Position numbers and translations under genes: made by a program | Virus record (IMG/VR): IMGVR_UViG_3300021964_000065 | Span: 1 to 60,201 of that record | DNA from: a virus | Lineage: Duplodnaviria > Caudoviricetes | Reading direction: 5' to 3' (one strand) | Length of the DNA stretch: 60,201 nucleotides | Notes under the pieces: model-generated | The model's database searches: none | What the model was told of the DNA's origin: nothing | What the model saw: only the letters and a program-made list of their open reading frames with translations | In this document: piece after piece, positions 17,301 to 25,259 of the stretch | Layout of the letters: each line of letters starts with the position of its first letter | How positions within the stretch are numbered: position 1 is the stretch's first letter

Positions 17301-20300
17301 TTACATTTTCTAATATTTTATCTAAATTTAAATCTTTTTCAACTTCTTCATTAAATTTATTAAGAATAAAAAAATTTAAATCATCTATAAAGTTTACATT
17401 TTCAGACTCTATATTTTTTAAAATATCACTTTGTAATTTATTTATAATTTTACCAGCAGCAGCTTTTTCTTTTGGGCTTAGACTAAATTTAATATTAGCA
17501 GGATTTGCCTCATAAATTATAGCATCGGATATTAATGGATATTTATTACTTAATTTATCTAAACTTGTTTTATTAAGTATTCCGGCTAGCTCTTGCTGTT
17601 CTAAACCATATTCAGTTTTAGCAGTATTAGCTAAGCTTTTAGAAAATTTAAAACCTTCTGCTCTATCAACTTGCTTAGCTATTAATGATTTAAAGTTTTC
17701 TGGTAATATCTCACCCGTTATTCCAGCTATGTCTTGATACTTTTGAATAACATCAGGATCATTTAATACTTCCATTGTAGCATCAAACGCAATCTCTTCT
17801 GCAATACCCTCAACAATAGCTGTTTTTCTAGCCCCTTTAGTTGATCCACCAACCTCAGCACCTAAAAAATATTTAATCCACTCAGCTTTGTTTATTTTCT
17901 TTTTAACATATATCTTATTACCTTCTGCTGTTTTTTCTCTAACTTGTTTACCATTCTTATCTAAAACAGGCTCGGCGAATTCTTTAAATCTTCTGTTAAT
18001 TAAAGATTGTGGCATTTTGCTATACACAGATTCAAAATTATCTCTTAAGAAAGATTCGTAATCAGCTTGTTTTCCAACAAATTGGAGCATAGGCTTTTTA
18101 AGTTCCGTTCTAAATCTTTTTTGTAATTCAAACCTAAACTTTGGATCTTGAGGATTTGGTAATTTAGTACCAAACGTTTTTACTACCGCATTTTTAACAT
18201 CAGTTATAAGCCCCTCAGGTAGCCCAATTTCTTTTCTTAGGCTTTTTATTTCATCAGCAATCTCAGCTTGCTCTTGAGTCTCTATAGCCTCCTCCGTAGC
18301 TGTATCTGTAACACCTTTGGCCTCTGTTACGTCTACAGTAAATTCAGTATCCAGTATACGATTAGCTGCTTCAATAGCTCTACGGCTTAAAAATGTATTT
18401 ATATAACCAGCGAGTGGAGCACCTTTTGCTTTTTTAGGTGTGTATTCCATTACCATGTCTAAAATGCCACGCTTACCAGTCTCTATTTCATCCTTAAGAA
18501 GCTCATATTCAAACCCAGGAACATCTCTATACTTATTTACTAGCTTGTCTACAATTGGCTTAAACTGGTCAATTATATCCATTGCGCCAGCAGTGCCTTG
18601 TTCTTCGTATATACGTTGAACTTCATCAGATGCTTTTTGTTGTCTTGATTCTTTAATTATTGAATCTAACTCATCAATCTCTTTTTCTTCTTCTGGTTCA
18701 GCAGGTTTTATAATTCTACTAGAGCCTGTTGACAACACATCTTTTGAAAATGTTTGTACCATGCTCCAAGCATCTTCTGCCGAATTAATATTAAAGTTAT
18801 CAGATTCTTCTTTTCCTATAACGGAACCAATAATTGACTTTATATTGGAAGCAAACTTTTGCAAAAAATTAAAATCAGTTTCTTTTATTACCTGTAAATT
18901 AACAGCGTCGGCAGTAAGATTTATTAATTCTTCTGCTTGGGCTTTAGTGCCGTCATATAAAGGTAGTCTATCAAAAATAGAATTATATTGTTTTTGAGTC
19001 AGCTCTTTATTGTCCAGCTTAGTTTTTAATAAAACCTTGTAGTCCTCTTTAATATTATTGAATTGTTCTTCTGTAAAACCTTTCTTTTTAGCTAAAGCGT
19101 GAAAATACTCATGCAAAGTTGTAGAAGGATTTCTAGCTGCAGCTCTTTCAACAATAGTATAGACATTTTCGCTACTATTGAAAGCAAACCCTCCGTCTGC
19201 GTCGTTTTCCCAAATTTCAACTACTTCTTGAGCTTCTTTCTTATTTATAACATTTTTATCTCTTAAAGTAAACAAAGTTTCTTCAGAACTAACAAAATCT
19301 TTTATAGATTCAATCTCATTTGAATAAACATTAACAACCTTATTGGCTAATTTATTTAATGAATTATTTCTTTTAACAGCTTTGTCATTTATCTGGTGTA
19401 TCTTAAAGCCTCTATTAAAATCTCCAGATTTTAAACCTTCTGGTATTTTTAAATTTTTATACGTAGAGCCTTCTTCAATTAATGATTTTTTTTGATTTTG
19501 ATAATCATTATACTCTTTTTCAAGGTCTTTTCTTATTAAATCTTTACTTTGTTCATTTAAATTAGAAGATGCTATTTTATTCCATCTTTGATTAACTTTT
19601 TCAGATTGTCTTTGTGCTTCGAAAACAGCTTTTTGCTCTGATTGAGAAAGATTTAAAAAATTAGTAGCAGTAAAATCTTGATTTAAATTTAATTCTTTTA
19701 TTTTATTTCTAACAGATTTTTTTGCCTCTGCTCTTACATTTATATCTAAATCTAAATTTGTTATCGTATTAGATAACTCTTCAATATCTTTTAAGGTTTT
19801 TTGTATTTTACTTTTATTATTCTTATCGGTTATAACGTCTAAAACATAGGCTTTTGCTAAACTACCTGCCTCAGCTACTTTAAACCCACTACCTATTAGT
19901 GCGCCCTGTGCAGCGGACTCAGTGACTCCTTCAAAAATATTTTTATCTTCACCTAATATTACATTATCAGCTACATTACCTATAAGTGTATTTAAACCCT
20001 CGCCCCCACCTTCTAAAGTGCTTCCTTTAGGAATATCTAAAATAGCTTGCTTAAAAGCTGGTTTAAATCCTTCTTTATAAAACAAAGTATTAGCAGATTT
20101 TAAATCTTTAACTAATTTTAAAGTAGTTAATTCTTCAGTATATTTTTCAGCTGCGCCATATATAGCACTAACTCCTACTTTTTTTAGATCAGTAGTACTC
20201 AGCACTTTTGTATACTCATCTATTTGTTTTTTAATATTTATTTTTTCAAAATCATCTTCTGTTTTATCATAAAGTTTCTGCAATTTAGGCAATTGTCTTT

Positions 20301-21489
20301 CTGCTTCTTTTTTTTCTAATTCAAATTCAGACATTCTTCCTCCATACCCCATTGCAAAAAATAAAGATGGAGCTGCTGCTCCTGAAAAAGCCGCTATTCC
20401 AGACGGCACAAAATTAACAAAAGCATCTGCCCCCCAATTAACTAAATCATTAAGATTTGAAATGCTTTCTACAGGTATTGTTTTAGGTAAAGTTTTTTCA
20501 GCTTCTTTTTTTAATTCCTCTCTGTATTCTAATAAATCTTTTGTATAGGATTTATCTTTTCCAGCTTCGGACTTCAGCATGTCTAAAGTAACTAAAGGCC
20601 CTAAAACTAAATCTGTAGCAGTAGACGCTAAAACATTAGATAGTTGGTCAATATTATTATAAGATCTTTTGAAAGAATCAATAAATTCATTTTTTCTATT
20701 TAAAACAGAAGTATTTTTTAAAAAATTGCTTTCCATTTCAGTGGTTGATTTTAAAATATCATTATATTCAGCTATTTTATTATTATAATCTTGCTTTGAT
20801 ATTTCAATTCCCATTTTTTTATTTTCTTCAAAAAAACTTTTAATATTTTTTAAAGAATTAATATTATCATTTATTTTAGAAAATAATTCATTATTTGATT
20901 TTTGTAAAGAATCTTTTATTGATGTTTCTTTATTAAGTAATTGAACGCGTTGATTATACGGAATATTTTCCATAAAATCACGCTGATTATTTGATATTTT
21001 TTGATTTACTTCTTCAAAATTTAATTGAACAGGCTCAATAGTGTTATTTATTTTAAAATTATCATAATCTTGTTTTTCTGATAATTTAAATTGGCCCTTT
21101 TTAAATCTATTTAATTTTTCTTGTGTAGCCTTTTTATTTTCAAAATCAACATTTAAGGCACTAGCTTTTTCAAATTCTTTTCGTACTGCACTGTATTCTT
21201 CTTCAGAAATTTTTTCTAATTCAATAGTAGTATCTTCTACTGTACCAGTTTTAGGTTGTTCTGGTAAAGCCAATGAAATATCTTCCGATGGTAACTCCGT
21301 AACGGTTGGTTGTATTTCGGGTGTTGCATTTACCTCCGCAGGCACACCCTGATCGATTTCCTCCGGAGGATCTATCTTTCCCGATTCTGCAGAAGTTATT
21401 TCTATAGCGTCAGGATTGTCTTGCAAAAATTGAGTTGAAATATCATCTGGAATATTATAGAACTCATCATTTAATTGAAATCTAGGCAT
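14302..21489 (-). CDS. giant internal virion (ejection) polyprotein with zincin, sigma2-like and nuclease-like modules
   Basis: 2395 aa, last of the internal-protein genes; HEYFH at aa 793; sigma region-2-like segment at about aa 970-1046; helical C-terminus typical of podophage ejection proteins. Confidence 0.75.
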   Translation of the reverse strand: MPRFQLNDEFYNIPDDISTQFLQDNPDAIEITSAESGKIDPPEEIDQGVPAEVNATPEIQPTVTELPSEDISLALPEQPKTGTVEDTTIELEKISEEEYSAVRKEFEKASALNVDFENKKATQEKLNRFKKGQFKLSEKQDYDNFKINNTIEPVQLNFEEVNQKISNNQRDFMENIPYNQRVQLLNKETSIKDSLQKSNNELFSKINDNINSLKNIKSFFEENKKMGIEISKQDYNNKIAEYNDILKSTTEMESNFLKNTSVLNRKNEFIDSFKRSYNNIDQLSNVLASTATDLVLGPLVTLDMLKSEAGKDKSYTKDLLEYREELKKEAEKTLPKTIPVESISNLNDLVNWGADAFVNFVPSGIAAFSGAAAPSLFFAMGYGGRMSEFELEKKEAERQLPKLQKLYDKTEDDFEKINIKKQIDEYTKVLSTTDLKKVGVSAIYGAAEKYTEELTTLKLVKDLKSANTLFYKEGFKPAFKQAILDIPKGSTLEGGGEGLNTLIGNVADNVILGEDKNIFEGVTESAAQGALIGSGFKVAEAGSLAKAYVLDVITDKNNKSKIQKTLKDIEELSNTITNLDLDINVRAEAKKSVRNKIKELNLNQDFTATNFLNLSQSEQKAVFEAQRQSEKVNQRWNKIASSNLNEQSKDLIRKDLEKEYNDYQNQKKSLIEEGSTYKNLKIPEGLKSGDFNRGFKIHQINDKAVKRNNSLNKLANKVVNVYSNEIESIKDFVSSEETLFTLRDKNVINKKEAQEVVEIWENDADGGFAFNSSENVYTIVERAAARNPSTTLHEYFHALAKKKGFTEEQFNNIKEDYKVLLKTKLDNKELTQKQYNSIFDRLPLYDGTKAQAEELINLTADAVNLQVIKETDFNFLQKFASNIKSIIGSVIGKEESDNFNINSAEDAWSMVQTFSKDVLSTGSSRIIKPAEPEEEKEIDELDSIIKESRQQKASDEVQRIYEEQGTAGAMDIIDQFKPIVDKLVNKYRDVPGFEYELLKDEIETGKRGILDMVMEYTPKKAKGAPLAGYINTFLSRRAIEAANRILDTEFTVDVTEAKGVTDTATEEAIETQEQAEIADEIKSLRKEIGLPEGLITDVKNAVVKTFGTKLPNPQDPKFRFELQKRFRTELKKPMLQFVGKQADYESFLRDNFESVYSKMPQSLINRRFKEFAEPVLDKNGKQVREKTAEGNKIYVKKKINKAEWIKYFLGAEVGGSTKGARKTAIVEGIAEEIAFDATMEVLNDPDVIQKYQDIAGITGEILPENFKSLIAKQVDRAEGFKFSKSLANTAKTEYGLEQQELAGILNKTSLDKLSNKYPLISDAIIYEANPANIKFSLSPKEKAAAGKIINKLQSDILKNIESENVNFIDDLNFFILNKFNEEVEKDLNLDKILENVINATNSFIADETGKNLISKAVLDTDGKLTRNYFLKVKQATGIALKKEIAELGYESSKKLLENRLKNASKNDYSTVILNWFINESKAITTFNGLPNITKIQHIFNQVLKTLLKKYNIEGFNVDKNPLGRGKKLFLNNTPINRYKSTTDIKINFSEYTSRINDEAKKASQYILDLLVYYKDNNLINEGKAHIKLLANDQIGALRKIAKAGMYVENLSTKETTLEHQNPILEITLASNNFLDGKISQEQLEKEFDNAQVNLVTKRVDKALTTANLKSSGKNRMQHPLVIEAFKQDIADGIVYKNIKSVYKEGQIKLSKSLNKGFNQILEESTGVKWAERFSPAKARVMAKGKGKGAIFVPYSADDFVGLLYTTLSEGEKGNQQMDWYRENLLRPFSRGIQAYESEKQRAMREWSVLKQRAKKDVPGGLTKQNESGFTNEQSLRMYMWQKQGFDIPNIKKGEVNDAIKAVNKNEKFKSFADNLMALNSEGYPKPENNWVDGDITTDLIGYINKTKRSEFLSEWQENVNEIFSEKNITKLRGLYGERYVEALENILYRMKTGVNRKFGTSKQERAWMDWVNNSVGAIMFFNARSAVLQTLSTVNFINFSDNNPINAAIALANFGQYRKDFVNLFNSDFLKQRRSGLQTDISADEIAKATKGNERSPRALFNALLKIGFTPTQIADSFAIASGGATFYRNRINKYVKEGLTKQEAEQKAFTDFQEIAEETQQSSRPDRVSMEQAGSLGRVVLAFANTPMQYARLQKKAALDLYNGRGDWKTNISKIAYYGVIQNIIFSSLQSALFTLLFDDEEEPEKKEKYFRVANSSADTFLRGMGVYGAAASTVKNVILEIIDQAKSNRPDYTKAAIAATSISPPINSKLRKLISAGNTFKYKQSRKKVFNEGLSLENPAFLAAGKVISAGTNIPADRIVTKLDHIKTAMEPETELWQAIALSLGWGEWELGMIEKQTKKSKTPLRKNRKTIKRKTINRKTIKRKTATRKIAN
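14327..14386 (-). repeat. 15-bp tandem repeat x4 encoding a basic RKTIK/N pentapeptide tail
   Basis: GTTTTTCTKTTTATA units on the plus strand. Confidence 0.85.
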
Positions 21490-22868
21490 TAGTTTTGTTC
21501 TTTATATTGTGAATAATCAATTGGGGTTGTAAATTGGTATCCATACCTATAAGCTTCTTCTGGAGTAGCACCTCTATTTTCAAATAGTTTTCTAGCAAAA
21601 ACTTGAGCAGATTCATTAGGTAATATTTGTATTGCTCTTGAATCAGGTTCACCAATTTTCTTAACAGTAATACTTTCTAAAGTTGGATCATCTTCTGATG
21701 TATCAAATTTTTCTACAATTTCATAATTAATTTCATTAAACGCTTTATCTATATTTGGGTCTTCAAGGTTTATTTGGCCAGTGAATACACCCGCTTTATT
21801 TCTACCTATATTAAATTCTGATTTCTTTTGCTCAAAATCTTGCATAAAAACATTTAAGTCAGAAACTCTTTTACGTTCTGTTTGTCTCCTTTTTTTATCA
21901 GTCTTATCAGGAGTTGTTGGCTTAGGCATTTTAGATTTATTTAAATCAACACCGTAAGCTATTAGTTCCCTGTCATATAATATGTTTTCAACATCTTTTC
22001 TAATTTTAAACATGTGTTGCTCAGGGGGTACACCTGGAGGAGGAGTGAAATACTTTACTTGAGCTTCTTTAGATAATTTAGCTCCAGTTTCTACATTTGT
22101 TAATACGTAATATAGAGCTGCATTTTTTGCTTGTTCATCTGTTAATCCTAAAACTGTTTTTTCAGCAACAGATCTAACTCTTTCTGGAGTTAAAGAACCA
22201 GGTGTTAAAGAAGACGCTTTTAATCTCTTTCTAGCTTGATCTTCTATTGTAAGGAAAATACTAGGATCTGAAGTTTCAACAGGTTTTAAATCAGCTAAAT
22301 TTATATCTGTTGTTTTGCCATCTTTTGTTACAGATAATAAAAATTTACCATCTTTTTTAATCCATTTTTTGTCTTTTATATCTTGGTCAACGGCTAATTG
22401 TATGAGTTCTTGATTAGGCGAATTAGCCCACGGCGCAGCATCACCATTCTTCATAGACTCAATATACTGTGTTCCTAATGCTTTTTTAATTTTATTCATG
22501 CCATTTAAGCCTTCAATTTCTTTAAGCAGAGAAGAATACTGAACATTAAATTCAGTAACGCCTAAATTGCTTTTGTTTTTTATTAGATCAAAAGCTTTGT
22601 TTTTTACATCAGTAGCATAAGCAGTAGTAGATCCTAAAACGTCTGTTCCTAAACCAGCGGTATCAACATTGTCTATTGATAAATATTGTTTTGATCTAAG
22701 CTCATTTTCATTTTTTTCAACGTCAAGTTGTTTTTGCCTAAGTAAAGCGTTTTTGTTTAAGTTTTCTTTAAACCTACCTATTTCTTTGCTATATCCAGCA
22801 AACTTAGGAGCCACGTCCGCTGCTCCTTTAACGAGCAGATTTTCATTAATACCTGTAGTATAAGCCAT
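21489..22868 (-). CDS. probable internal virion protein
   Basis: Lies between the pilot-like protein and the giant ejection protein; helical. Confidence 0.55.
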   Translation of the reverse strand: MAYTTGINENLLVKGAADVAPKFAGYSKEIGRFKENLNKNALLRQKQLDVEKNENELRSKQYLSIDNVDTAGLGTDVLGSTTAYATDVKNKAFDLIKNKSNLGVTEFNVQYSSLLKEIEGLNGMNKIKKALGTQYIESMKNGDAAPWANSPNQELIQLAVDQDIKDKKWIKKDGKFLLSVTKDGKTTDINLADLKPVETSDPSIFLTIEDQARKRLKASSLTPGSLTPERVRSVAEKTVLGLTDEQAKNAALYYVLTNVETGAKLSKEAQVKYFTPPPGVPPEQHMFKIRKDVENILYDRELIAYGVDLNKSKMPKPTTPDKTDKKRRQTERKRVSDLNVFMQDFEQKKSEFNIGRNKAGVFTGQINLEDPNIDKAFNEINYEIVEKFDTSEDDPTLESITVKKIGEPDSRAIQILPNESAQVFARKLFENRGATPEEAYRYGYQFTTPIDYSQYKEQN

Positions 22869-22938
22869 TTTTATATTTTAATTTTATTTACCTAATAAAC
22901 CACCTAAACCGCCAACATTACCAGTAGCTATTTTTTTT

Positions 22939-23835
22939 CTATTTTTTCTTTTTCAATAGCGGAGCTAAACTTAATGCTGAACTAGCTACATCCGAAATAC
23001 CCCCTACTATAGAAGCAGTAGCTTGTTGTCTAGCAAGATCTGCAGCTGCTCTTCTTTGTTGATCCATTCCTAAAACAGTGGCAGTTCTACCGTATTCTCT
23101 TCCTTCAACAGATTCAGCCCCTTGAGCTTCTAAAACATTTAATCTTCCTTGGAAGCTTGCTCTAGCACCTTCATTAGCAACTTCTTGTCTTGCTATATCT
23201 CCAGCAATACGTTGTGTTTGTCTTGATTGTGATTGTGATAGTGCTTGGGCTAATGCTGCAGCTCCAGCACCACCCCCACTAGACCTAAGGGCATCTAGTG
23301 TTTGTGATAATCCTTGCTGTTGTTGTTGAGCTTCAAATTCAGCAGCTTCTTTAGAAACCCTTAAATCTTCAAATGGATTTTCAACATCTGCATAGGCATT
23401 TTCAAATTGAAAGTTTTTAAAATCAGATAGAGACTGCTCGTAAGCTGCGGTTGCGGCTTTTTGTTCTCTTTGTCTTTTACCACTACCAATGATTCCCATA
23501 GCAATACCACCTAAACCTCCAACCCCTTGGCCTATAAGGTTAGCCTTTTCTTCAAGACTAAAGCCAGGCGTTACATCTAAACTACCCCCGCCAGATGTCG
23601 CAAGATTACCCGCGCCTGATGTAATTCCATTAAAGCTCGGTGCTGTATAACCTATTGAGGTATTGCCTAAATATGGGGTTTGAAAAGAATTACCAATTCT
23701 TGGCACTGAGGGGACTGATGCACCACCTAAACTACGACTTTTTGGAGCTGTAAGTATGATTTCGTTTAATCCTTGAGTTTGTCCTGACACTATACTTCCG
23801 CCTGCCGAAAATGGAATTATATTTTCTTCATCCAT
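22939..23835 (-). CDS. probable internal virion / DNA pilot protein
   Basis: Gly-rich hydrophobic patch followed by Q/A-rich helices. Confidence 0.6.
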   Translation of the reverse strand: MDEENIIPFSAGGSIVSGQTQGLNEIILTAPKSRSLGGASVPSVPRIGNSFQTPYLGNTSIGYTAPSFNGITSGAGNLATSGGGSLDVTPGFSLEEKANLIGQGVGGLGGIAMGIIGSGKRQREQKAATAAYEQSLSDFKNFQFENAYADVENPFEDLRVSKEAAEFEAQQQQQGLSQTLDALRSSGGGAGAAALAQALSQSQSRQTQRIAGDIARQEVANEGARASFQGRLNVLEAQGAESVEGREYGRTATVLGMDQQRRAAADLARQQATASIVGGISDVASSALSLAPLLKKKK

Positions 23836-23846
23836 AATTTTATATT

Positions 23847-24164
23847 TTAATTACTACTTATAAATACTTCTGAACTTACTGCAAATATTTCAGCTTCAGA
23901 AGTTGATTCGTTTTTCATTTGTACTTCAGCATAATAACCTATTACGCTTGATGTATTTATTTCATTGTCTTTTCCAAAAAACACAAAAGAATTTGTTTGC
24001 AAATCAGATGTATCACCATCAATAGTACAAACTATTGAGTCAGTATTAATAGAGTCTACGGGTCCTATTCTTTTAACAGTACCGCTAGCGTCATAGTAAA
24101 CAACATCCCCAGATTGTAGGGATGTGTTTTTGTCAAAATTAATATCAAGTGTTATTTGGCTCAT
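23847..24164 (-). CDS. tail protein (resembles the C-terminal domain of nozzle/stabilisation proteins)
   Basis: GYYAEV.MKN.S..EAEIFAVSSE..ISS C-terminus. Confidence 0.55.
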   Translation of the reverse strand: MSQITLDINFDKNTSLQSGDVVYYDASGTVKRIGPVDSINTDSIVCTIDGDTSDLQTNSFVFFGKDNEINTSSVIGYYAEVQMKNESTSEAEIFAVSSEVFISSN

Positions 24165-24195
24165 ATAAAGTATTATTACATTCTAATTAAGTATA

Positions 24196-25248
24196 TTAAG
24201 CGTTGTAGTCTATAGTGTTATTATCGGCTAGTTTTGGCTGGGGTAGTGGGCCTGATGCCCTTAAAGAAATCTCAACATCCTCTTGCCAAAGAGGGCTACC
24301 ATCATATGTGACAGTTATAGGAGTTGTACCTGGACCACCTGTATACGTATTTAATGTAAAATGTGTTGCATATGTACCTCTTAAACTAAGTTGCCAGTTT
24401 GTATTAGAAGTTACTTGAAATTGGGAAGTTTTAGGAATTTGACTTCCAGGATTAAATGCAGAAACAGGCCCACTAAAAGAACCAGTTGGGATTGTTGATG
24501 TACCAGAGGCTGTTGCTGGACACCCTGTTATATTTTGACCACTATTAGTATAGCCAGTTGCAGGCACCGTAATTTCGGCGTAATAATTATTTAAACCCTC
24601 AATATAAGTAGTAACATCATCGCCATTAATATCCCTAATGGCTACTAAAGTTCCCTCGGCAACAGTTGCATTTGCACCAATTGCTGCACCGGCAACACCA
24701 TTTGATATATTGAAGCCTGCATTACCACACTCAAATTCGTCCAATGCACCGCCCGTATTTATTGAAAGATTATCGCTACATAAAATTTGTGCGTCTGTAT
24801 TATCCCAATCTGCTTCTGAATTACTAAATGTATAAGTTACATCAATGTTTCCACTGTTGACAGGAATGTTTGTTGGTTCATAACTATGTATTGTAGTGTT
24901 GGCAGATGGAGTAAGTGTAACAGCTCCCGTGCTTGAATTCCAATTAACAGTTGCCCAATTTCTTGTGCTACAGTTGTAAGACACTCCTGGTGTTGAAGGA
25001 GTTTCTGCAACCGGTGGGGTTGCGCCCGCATCTTGAGCTATGTCACTAGCTATAACGTTTGAACAAGTGCCACTTGTTGCAACGGCGGTTACTGTAGCTC
25101 CATCGTCAATTTCTACATTTAAACCAGCCGCTAAAGCCCCTTTAGTTGTTGTTGATGGTGTTATTGAACCAGAACTTACAGATAACAATATTGTGTCACT
25201 GTTTTCAAATGATGTTCCAAATGTTCCTGTTATAGTGTATTGTGCCAT
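24196..25248 (-). CDS. T/S/G-rich tail appendage protein with C-terminal BACON/Ig-like domain
   Basis: Beta-rich; F.VTSNT.W.LS....GG.GT..ITV; Cys-bounded module shared with the upstream gene. Confidence 0.6.
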   Translation of the reverse strand: MAQYTITGTFGTSFENSDTILLSVSSGSITPSTTTKGALAAGLNVEIDDGATVTAVATSGTCSNVIASDIAQDAGATPPVAETPSTPGVSYNCSTRNWATVNWNSSTGAVTLTPSANTTIHSYEPTNIPVNSGNIDVTYTFSNSEADWDNTDAQILCSDNLSINTGGALDEFECGNAGFNISNGVAGAAIGANATVAEGTLVAIRDINGDDVTTYIEGLNNYYAEITVPATGYTNSGQNITGCPATASGTSTIPTGSFSGPVSAFNPGSQIPKTSQFQVTSNTNWQLSLRGTYATHFTLNTYTGGPGTTPITVTYDGSPLWQEDVEISLRASGPLPQPKLADNNTIDYNA

Positions 25249-25259
25249 TTTTTATTATT

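Noticed and set aside
14302-21489. Virion RNA polymerase as in crAss-like or N4 phages
   Set aside because: No DxDGD/DFDxD or single-subunit polymerase catalytic motifs were seen
22884-22950. +1 frameshift extension (KKIATGNVGGLGGLLGK) after the poly-Lys end of the pilot protein
   Set aside because: Plausible remnant or homopolymer artefact, but no supporting stimulatory signal
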